Part shown: positions 50,301 through 56,154 of the stretch, piece after piece
Numbering within the stretch: the first letter of the stretch is position 1
How the letters are laid out: each line of letters starts with the position of its first letter
Virus record (IMG/VR): IMGVR_UViG_3300035322_000284
Span: 1 to 56,154 of that record
DNA: 56,154 nt
From: a virus
Taxonomy: Duplodnaviria > Caudoviricetes
Reading direction: 5' to 3' (one strand)
The notes under the pieces: model-generated
What the model saw: only the letters and a program-made list of their open reading frames with translations
Told to the model about the DNA's origin: nothing
Database searches by the model: none
Made by a program: the position numbers and the translations under genes

Positions 50301-53107
50301 CAAACGCTGGCGGAGCTGGAAACACCGGTGCTCTAAACTTAGGATTCTTTCTTGATACCAGACTTCCACCATGGTGGGGTACGCTGGAACTTGCTACTCC
50401 TGATTTGACGTTTACCAACAGGCAGGGCAGTATATACATGGTCAATATTCCGCCCACACAGGATCAGGAATATTTCTTTAAGGCGTCACCAAGCATTTCA
50501 GCTACCGGTAAAAAATTCTTTAGCGTCACAGGAAGCGTAGATTTTAAATCCATAGTTGGAGCACCTGAACCGGGCGAGCCCACAGTTGAGCCCAATAACA
50601 ATGCCAAAGTTTACTGGTACAGAGCCACAGGCTCAACCGGTGGACTTATTAATCAGGGAACTTTTGAAAGATTAGACGGTGGTATAGCAAATGTACTGGG
50701 CAATGACATCACTGTTACTGGAAGCCTAGCTACGGGAGAATCGGGTAACTTTGTAACAACACTGACAATTAATGATGCCAAAGACGGTAAAACAACTAAA
50801 TCTGGATCACAGAATTTAGATTACTCTACATCAAAAGATCAATTCTTTTGTAGAGTAGCAATCGACAACAGACCAGAAAATCCTAAAAATCCTGGAACAT
50901 TTATGCCAGGCATGGGAGGCTTGGTTGATACATCAGGGAGCTTCAGGGACTACCCAAGTAGATTCCTACTTAACAATATCGATTGTCAGGATACTAGTGT
51001 ATCATGCGGAGGCAACTCACGCATAGAGGTTGCTACTGGTCAGGACACATCAGTTAATTTTAGTTTTACGATTAATACAAATTGCTTACAATACAGGGAA
51101 GGATCAGCTAAAATAAGTATCAAAAGATACTGGCCCTGTCCAATTTTTGGACCCCCTGATCCTAAGGCAAACCAGTGGCTTGTACAGAAACAAACAGTGC
51201 CAATCCCCCAGTCAAGTTCAGACACAGCACAAATATCTTACAGCCTTAAGGTAAACACTGATAAGACTGATTATTTGCCAGGCGAAGATGGCTTTGGTGA
51301 AGCTGCCGGAGATTGTCATTGGATATATGTAGCATATTGGGAAATCGATTACCCAGGGGTAGATTGCCGACCTAGCGCATGGACAAATCCAGGATGTAAC
51401 CGTGGCGGGCCCAGAGGGCAGTTGGATGAAATCTTCTGTATACAGAAACAAAATTGTGGTCCTAACCCTGGCTCATTAAACGACTGTGAGTGCCCACTGT
51501 GTGAGCAATCAGTAAAAGTAATAATACTGGAAACTAGCGAATGTGGAATATTAGGCAAACCCAATCAGCAAGAAGGTGGACCCAGTACTGGACCCAATGG
51601 TGTTAATCTATATATTGATAGCCACACGAATGAAGGCCTGGTTACTATCACTGGACCATCTAGTAGTCCCAGAGTTTTGCCCAAAGAAACTTTGCTGGAG
51701 TGTGATCCTGACTATGTGCCTGGCAGTAATGCCAGTGATAAATGTCTTGAAATAGCGATTGACGCAGAAATATTACTTCCCAGAAAAACATTTGACGCGT
51801 TTGTTACCCTGGGCAATGATGCGGCAATAGACATTATATCACCCACTGAAGTAAATTGTGAAGAGCAGGTATTTTCTCAGATAGAATTCTATGTGAAATA
51901 CATTTACAAAAACGGTACGGAGTCAGCGTTACAGCCAGCTCCATGTTTTGCTTGCGGTCCAGACTGGGATTCCACACTTAGAAAATATAACCCCTCTGCG
52001 GGCGACAATACCAGTAGAATGGACTATCAGGGGGAACAGGGTATTAGTAGTATTAAAGGAGTGGTAAACTGGGTAGACATGATATACGATTTAGACACAT
52101 TTAAATCAGTTAAACTGTATGCCCAGGTTACAAGCACAAACGATTATTTTGGTGCCAGTAGGTATCATCCACCACCCGCAGGATTCAAAGAGGCTGATTT
52201 CGGTACGATAGACTATGTATTGTCATTCAGAGGCGCCGCTGGCGCAACAGACAACGTTCCAGCAAGAAAAACTGTGTTTGAGATTGGACACTTTTCCGTG
52301 GGTGAAGCCATCGATCTGCCAGTGTTTACGGGATCAACTGGTATAACGTGCCCTCCGAGTACAGTACAATATGACGGTGTAAGAGTGACACCAGAAATCT
52401 TTGAGTTTTGCTGTGGCGGAGAGATAGGGGGATGCCAAAATCAAGCCGTGAGCTTTGCATGCCAGAGTGCTTGTAGAGGCGGCGGTTGTAACAAACCACC
52501 ACTACCTGGACCCAAACAAGAGATTAGTGCTTGCGCCACAAATACAGATGGTAACCAATTTAGTATTGACTGGAAAGGTATCCCACCATCAGAAAGAAAA
52601 CAATTAAACATACTCTGGTACTTTAGCGAAGCGCGGTTTGGTGGAAGTGTCATTCGTGTGAGTAATTTAAGTCAGGGAGAAAGATGTTCGCCTGATATCA
52701 ATAACTCACAAAAATTAAAAAGGCCTGAGACATCATATAAACTTAAATATGTCATAGTAGCAAGTTCGGATGGACGAGTATCTTACAGAGATATTCAATA
52801 TAGTGAACAGGGACAAAATGGTTATGATGATTCCAATACATGGCGAATTGATACCAATGTTAATAGCCAAAGACAGCCTTTCCAAACCTCAGAAGATGTA
52901 AGGGAGGGTGAGCGCTGGCAGACAATCATGGGCAGTGGTGAGTGTATATTCCAGACTGGACCAGATTCAGACGCCTTGGCCATTGAAAATCCTCAGGGCA
53001 CCATTGGTATTACAAATATTACAAATCCCGACGGATCCAATCCAAATCCTTCGGGTCCTGGCGGGCCTGGTGGTCCAGGGGGCCCAGGTAGTGGGCCACG
53101 CAGGTAA
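47360..53107 (+). CDS. Cys-rich multidomain putative adhesin / fibre-associated protein (LCCL, DUF4214-like, Ig-like; 1915 aa)
   Basis: GTG start after AGGAG (47349-47353); LCCL motif VFGSGPYTLNSDAATAAVHAGLI...GSTRNGVTS; YVEVLGRPADQPGFLHW; YWYR...TLTI...FFCRV. Confidence 0.7.
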   Translation: MARAPSRPYDERLTNLGTWTGPCYDTSCAGDAALAGKTYVKDCAGRKGTNGPVPQSSMSVGNFPNNVEVKPDGTVYRYFIYGNETQVDSYCNNNGITPEQYNARSASVKARYCDTTKGGIHYLKSPSCGYVRTVSRPIGADVWYPQPVAEAPAQPDCQPTGALLEGITVVGSKGGTVFGSGPYTLNSDAATAAVHAGLIQEGDRATLNKRSSGPNKITNFPGSTRNGVTSLPNSGSVTGVISEVAIIDSGPMGSTTTSIEPILVNGENADLDVELNASRNIIKVNILGGGSGYRIGDTFKVTSLTFGSGASDGLLQVTGIKTVEAGGGCGIDLELVKIFTPDPQPQCDPLVNQRTENLTVGTATTRGGLGRVKLLNRFPPRKYITTLPSEMGGGANNAPDSETNWYYTCPMFDIKNDNEAASGGPITGIRLTSSGIGISGQSVYFNYLDSTGSGADFNQTIVGGKLTNVTIASAGDGYQVGDRFQTSFLSFGGGSTGGTWEVTSIADNGGAGQKCDDVDGITYTWKHISGPSKGESHNGFSMGHNVRSYNNQTDNKGCLGGKNCSPFPNESADPQRHINFFVFDIPGGGSDNGFPTPGKEGSGYAIGDVFELRPLSNNTEFLDMNIPLKIEVETLFEPESSGQGTVDYVVEDDVGVIYNDPSVLDVVISAVISIDTSNTTDKALFDAATNTFNLFQQQLNRVPSAIEFQQYTRLIYADNGIVTLATSNKFREDFEAFIGLTPELKSCATGQGETTKVCSDGTVVPIDATCPDDGGPIGGNNGICDVDRNSFYRGTGSTTNGQVDLNEIWNFLGSPRNNGDGICPRPVNDAGLGQDNEPDLSDFAGMKIQKWIPCGNNTNNGNPDLGTYVDIIVPCKVCEDITVEDDLAVYDFDSKVTWNNGSFNTVNLVAETKNSTAEAINQKYVEVLGRPADQPGFLHWYNDILEGDTLDQVFSNIQRAYDGGEKNRGGVKKIESFCEWTNAGGAGNTGALNLGFFLDTRLPPWWGTLELATPDLTFTNRQGSIYMVNIPPTQDQEYFFKASPSISATGKKFFSVTGSVDFKSIVGAPEPGEPTVEPNNNAKVYWYRATGSTGGLINQGTFERLDGGIANVLGNDITVTGSLATGESGNFVTTLTINDAKDGKTTKSGSQNLDYSTSKDQFFCRVAIDNRPENPKNPGTFMPGMGGLVDTSGSFRDYPSRFLLNNIDCQDTSVSCGGNSRIEVATGQDTSVNFSFTINTNCLQYREGSAKISIKRYWPCPIFGPPDPKANQWLVQKQTVPIPQSSSDTAQISYSLKVNTDKTDYLPGEDGFGEAAGDCHWIYVAYWEIDYPGVDCRPSAWTNPGCNRGGPRGQLDEIFCIQKQNCGPNPGSLNDCECPLCEQSVKVIILETSECGILGKPNQQEGGPSTGPNGVNLYIDSHTNEGLVTITGPSSSPRVLPKETLLECDPDYVPGSNASDKCLEIAIDAEILLPRKTFDAFVTLGNDAAIDIISPTEVNCEEQVFSQIEFYVKYIYKNGTESALQPAPCFACGPDWDSTLRKYNPSAGDNTSRMDYQGEQGISSIKGVVNWVDMIYDLDTFKSVKLYAQVTSTNDYFGASRYHPPPAGFKEADFGTIDYVLSFRGAAGATDNVPARKTVFEIGHFSVGEAIDLPVFTGSTGITCPPSTVQYDGVRVTPEIFEFCCGGEIGGCQNQAVSFACQSACRGGGCNKPPLPGPKQEISACATNTDGNQFSIDWKGIPPSERKQLNILWYFSEARFGGSVIRVSNLSQGERCSPDINNSQKLKRPETSYKLKYVIVASSDGRVSYRDIQYSEQGQNGYDDSNTWRIDTNVNSQRQPFQTSEDVREGERWQTIMGSGECIFQTGPDSDALAIENPQGTIGITNITNPDGSNPNPSGPGGPGGPGGPGSGPRR

Positions 53108-53109
53108 GG

Positions 53110-53117
53110 AGTAAATA
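53110..53117 (+). promoter_or_regulatory. Possible late promoter (variant AGTAAATA)
   Basis: TAAATA core followed by 5 nt and ATG 53123, the same geometry as the other late promoters; AAGGAG also present at 53106-53111. Confidence 0.45.
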
Positions 53118-53122
53118 GTATA

Positions 53123-55675
53123 ATGGCAGAGTCTAGAAAAGGTACGCTCAGTGTAAATCTCACTAACGAGAATTCAGCGTATCCCAGTGATCCCGGATCC
53201 GGTAAACAAATCACTGGTAGGACTCTGTATCAGTGGTTTAAAGTCAATGGTGATGGATCACTTGCTGGATTTCCCAATGTTACTGGTCCTACGCTGGGCA
53301 ACAGAGACCTGGATGGCACAACTTATGAATGTCACGTTAGCTATGAAGCTGACGGTGCTAGTATACCCCAGGGTATAGCAGTAAGTAATAATCCAGCTAA
53401 AACTGTGTTTTCCGTTGTAGCCGAAGCAGGGCAAGTTACTGAATGTCCTGACGGCACATATGTGCCTGTGGGCGACGAATGTAACAAAGAGGACCAGTGC
53501 GGTGTCCCTATATATGTCAAGGGAGATGTCAGGCCCGCCGGCCAGCTAGCCGCCGCCAACGGATCTAAATTGGGTCTTAACATGGGAGTAACATTCAGGG
53601 GTTTCCTTGACAAGGATATCACAGTTAAAAGTGCTACTGTACAAATATGGGGCGCCCAGAGACCAGCTGAAACATTTGCTCCACAAAGTTATACCACAGA
53701 TATAATATCTAGTTCAATCACCGGTACCATAAGCGGAGATACATGTACATTTAATAAAAGTTTTACTGTACCCTTTGACAATGCTAACAACAACATAATT
53801 AAATCTTATTTTGCTAAATTAAACGTGTTATTCGAGTGTGGCGGCGAAACTATCGTACAACAAGTAACAGTGGGTGGTTCAAGCGTTAAGTGGGGCGATG
53901 CGGCTGGTGAAATCACTGACCCTGAATGTAGGTACGGTGGTTACTTCTCTAATTCCAATGGATGTGGTAGTTATATCTCACAGGTCACTGACCCAGGAAC
54001 TGGTGTAGTAAAATATTATGCCATGAAGGTCAGAAATAGCACCAGACCTGAGGACAGAGAAGGCGAATGGACAACTACTAATCCCATATTTAATTGTAGT
54101 ATTTGCCCCAGCACATCATGCCCAACAGTGGCAATCACAAATGTATCAGTATCACCCAGTTCGCCCAAGATAGGTGAAGTGGTAAATGTAACAATATCTT
54201 ATAATCTTGACAAAAAAGGTTATGAGACTAAGAGTGATAGCACTGCGCTGAGATTAGAAGGCGATGGCATTCCTTGTATACCATTGCCATTTGGTGGCCA
54301 AAATTGTACAAGATTTTCGTCAAGCGCCACATTCCAAGTTGGTCCATACACTTCAACAGGTGTTAAAAACCTCGTAGCAGGTTACGCAAATAGTTATACG
54401 CCAGGTTGCGGACCTAGCAGTGGCAGTTTAGGCTTACTGGCAGCAGAAAAAAATGTTAGCTTTACCGTGGGGGCGGCAACTCCAGACCCAGATCCTGAAC
54501 CAGGTTCACCACCCAGAATTACTGCATCCATAAGTAGTCCCACTTCCACTATTGCTCTGGGAGCAGATGGATCTGCTACAGCCCTCTTCACTGCTAGTTC
54601 CACAGTAGCTAACAATGGATGGATATCATCCACTCGCGGTGTGACATACAAATTTGAAAACAATACAGAAAGTTTTAATAATACATATAGCAGAAGATTT
54701 ACTGAGGCTGGTACATATAATATTTCAGTTAAAGCCGCTAAATTTTGGTGTTATCCCTCGGTGAATGGAGCATGTTCCACTGCTAATACTTCAGGCTCCG
54801 GCGCCCCCAATGGCAGAGTATGGGCAACTGATACTGATACATTCCGAATAACTGTCACAGGCTCAGACCCAGGTCCGGGTCCAGGTCCAGGTCCAGGCCC
54901 AGGTCCAGGCCCAGGTCCAGATCCTGGTGGATGTGCTGATCTTGCTAGTAATCCCTGTTGTGATCCAAGTAACCCAATATACAATGTTTGTAACTTTGTA
55001 TTTTGTTGTGCTACTACCAGACAAAATTTAGCTACTGCTGGTACCCCATGTTGTGATGCGCCCGCACCTCCGCCCCCACCGAATCCATGTCCTGAGGGTT
55101 ATAAAACTTGCCCAGATGGATCAAGAATTTGCGGTAGTGAAAACTGTCCACAACCACCACCGCCACCACCACCTCCAGCTGAGCCCACAGGCCAAAAGCC
55201 AACAGCATCAGGTATAACTGTGAGTCAGTCGCCGAGCTGTGATAGCGGCTCTGGAGTACAGATTACTGCTTCGTTTACTGTTAGTTTTGGTACTGGAGAT
55301 TATCAATCAACTGGTACTTCGACTACAAGCGGTAATTGGGTGCGAAGCGGAAATAAGTTTACACAAACATTCAGGAGATCGGCACCACTAGACTCAGGAT
55401 TTGGTACATGTGTAAACTTTACTGGTAGCAATGCTGGTACACAACAAGCATGTACTGGTGGAACGTCATATAGTGTTAAAGCCTGTGTTGCTCCACCACC
55501 GCCAGGTCCAGGTCCAGGTCCCGGCCCACAACCTGAACCGCCCAGTGGCTGTACAGCGGCTACGGACAATATTTGTTGTGATCCCACAAACGTACTATAC
55601 AATGTGGTTATGCCCTACTTTAATTGTCCAAATGTCAGAAAACAACTTGCTGACGCAGGTAAGCCTTGTTGCTAA
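53123..55675 (+). CDS. Cys/Pro-rich multidomain putative adhesin (Ig/PKD/CARDB-like domains, Pro linkers, two 41-aa Cys modules; 850 aa)
   Basis: YQWFK...YECHV Ig-like; ITNVSVSPSSPKIGEVVNVT; YSRRFTEAGTYNISV PKD-like; (PG)n and poly-Pro linkers. Confidence 0.7.
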   Translation: MAESRKGTLSVNLTNENSAYPSDPGSGKQITGRTLYQWFKVNGDGSLAGFPNVTGPTLGNRDLDGTTYECHVSYEADGASIPQGIAVSNNPAKTVFSVVAEAGQVTECPDGTYVPVGDECNKEDQCGVPIYVKGDVRPAGQLAAANGSKLGLNMGVTFRGFLDKDITVKSATVQIWGAQRPAETFAPQSYTTDIISSSITGTISGDTCTFNKSFTVPFDNANNNIIKSYFAKLNVLFECGGETIVQQVTVGGSSVKWGDAAGEITDPECRYGGYFSNSNGCGSYISQVTDPGTGVVKYYAMKVRNSTRPEDREGEWTTTNPIFNCSICPSTSCPTVAITNVSVSPSSPKIGEVVNVTISYNLDKKGYETKSDSTALRLEGDGIPCIPLPFGGQNCTRFSSSATFQVGPYTSTGVKNLVAGYANSYTPGCGPSSGSLGLLAAEKNVSFTVGAATPDPDPEPGSPPRITASISSPTSTIALGADGSATALFTASSTVANNGWISSTRGVTYKFENNTESFNNTYSRRFTEAGTYNISVKAAKFWCYPSVNGACSTANTSGSGAPNGRVWATDTDTFRITVTGSDPGPGPGPGPGPGPGPGPDPGGCADLASNPCCDPSNPIYNVCNFVFCCATTRQNLATAGTPCCDAPAPPPPPNPCPEGYKTCPDGSRICGSENCPQPPPPPPPPAEPTGQKPTASGITVSQSPSCDSGSGVQITASFTVSFGTGDYQSTGTSTTSGNWVRSGNKFTQTFRRSAPLDSGFGTCVNFTGSNAGTQQACTGGTSYSVKACVAPPPPGPGPGPGPQPEPPSGCTAATDNICCDPTNVLYNVVMPYFNCPNVRKQLADAGKPCC
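54869..54919 (+). repeat. Hexanucleotide tandem repeat (CCAGGY-type) encoding (PG)8-P linker
   Basis: ccaggt ccgggt ccaggt ccaggt ccaggc ccaggt ccaggc ccaggt cca; shorter copy near 55499-55528. Confidence 0.85.
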
Positions 55676-55688
55676 AATACACAAATAG

Positions 55689-55696
55689 GATAAATA
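55689..55696 (+). promoter_or_regulatory. Late promoter core (leadered type)
   Basis: GATAAATA in the intergenic gap, followed by 19 nt containing AGGA before ATG 55716; no upstream TTAAT element. Confidence 0.65.
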
Positions 55697-55715
55697 GTGT
55701 AAAATAGGAACAGCT

Positions 55716-56154
55716 ATGCCATTTTACATTCATAACTCAGATTCCAGCGTGAACATTGTAATACCTGATGGTACAATTGACACCACCAGCTATAGCCTGA
55801 GTCTGATAGGACGCAACGTTGCTGACTATGGACAATACTTTGCTGAGAACACTATCCTTCAGTTGGAGAACTTCGCCAGCATCGCCGCTCCCAGCCCAGA
55901 GAACATCCTGATTGGTCAGCAATGGTTTGACAAGGGTGACAATATCATGCGCGTCTGGGACGGTACTCAGTGGAAAGCACAGACTGGCATTACTGTGGAA
56001 AATTCATTCCCCATTACGGGTGGCGGCAACGGAGACGGCGAAGGCGGTACAGTAACTCCACCCAGCACAGGATCGGGCTTTTTTAATCAGGAAGATCTCA
56101 AACTTTACATCTGGGATGGCGTACAATACTTGCCGGCAGCATACGGTGGTGAGT
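55716..56154 (+). CDS. Tail fibre paralogue, N-terminal part (runs off the window; absent from ORF track)
   Basis: Read by hand: MPFYIHNSDSS...LSLIGRNVADYGQYFAENTILQLENFA...GQQWFDKG...VWDGTQWK...LKLYIWDG...AYGGE, aligning with the N-terminus of 44866..47358; no stop before the end. Confidence 0.85.
   Translation, partial: MPFYIHNSDSSVNIVIPDGTIDTTSYSLSLIGRNVADYGQYFAENTILQLENFASIAAPSPENILIGQQWFDKGDNIMRVWDGTQWKAQTGITVENSFPITGGGNGDGEGGTVTPPSTGSGFFNQEDLKLYIWDGVQYLPAAYGGE

Larger units (their letters stand above)
1..56154. mobile_element. Segment of a large myovirus-like (probably jumbo) phage genome: late sigma factor plus baseplate/tail-fibre module
   Basis: Dense, translationally coupled ORFs recognisable as gp55-, gp53-, gp5-, gp25- and gp6-like proteins, an S74-chaperone fibre, and T4-like (G)ATAAATA late promoters; no cellular housekeeping genes. 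Confidence 0.93.

Noticed and set aside
54869-54919. CRISPR array or phase-variation tract
   Set aside because: 6-nt in-frame unit with synonymous variation and no spacers; it simply encodes a Pro-Gly linker
54932-55672. Diversity-generating retroelement TR/VR pair
   Set aside because: The two Cys-module copies differ at many non-adenine positions, both are coding, and no reverse transcriptase is present in the window
57-55675. Stop-codon reassignment (none of the called genes ends in TAG)
   Set aside because: All genes, including the 15-kb and 11-kb ORFs, are intact in the standard code with no in-frame TAG; low TAG use is common in AT-rich phages. A genome-wide test would be needed
2431-55922. 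Dozens of 60-190 aa minus-strand and alternate-frame ORFs in the ORF track
   Set aside because: They lie within long, motif-bearing genes, lack RBS or promoter support and look like antisense shadows of biased codon usage
1-56154. Bacterial T6SS/eCIS locus or eukaryotic/giant-virus origin
   Set aside because: A gp55-like sigma with matching late promoters, an S74 fibre and SD/sigma70 signals indicate a bacteriophage; no Tss membrane complex or NCLDV core genes seen

Overview
A 56-kb, almost fully coding segment of a large (probably jumbo) tailed phage with T4-like late transcription. It holds a contractile-tail baseplate/fibre module. At the left end, on the minus strand, is an enlarged gp55-like late sigma factor. 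On the plus strand follow a tube-initiator-like protein, a gp53/LysM-like wedge protein, a hub, a gp5-like spike, gp25, gp6, two giant virion proteins (5054 and 3817 aa) separated by three accessory ORFs, a conserved wedge/fibre connector, an S74-chaperone tail fibre, two Cys/Pro-rich multidomain adhesin-like proteins and the start of a paralogous fibre. A three-gene minus-strand cassette containing an alpha/beta-hydrolase sits between gp5 and gp25. Most notable: (i) a 50-bp bidirectional late-promoter module repeated at both divergent intergenic regions; (ii) an extended TTAAT-N6/7-GATAAATA late promoter whose predicted +1 falls on or next to the start ATG (leaderless late mRNAs); (iii) an apparently split giant baseplate protein with about 16 kb of novel domains in the break, including an unassigned WISxxPGG...YYxN repeat domain; (iv) a degenerate lysozyme in the spike; (v) surface-binding modules (LCCL, DUF4214-like, nested PA14, Ig/PKD, disulfide-like Cys modules). 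No tRNA, rRNA, CRISPR array or transposase was recognised. All product calls come from motif recognition by eye, not from database searches.
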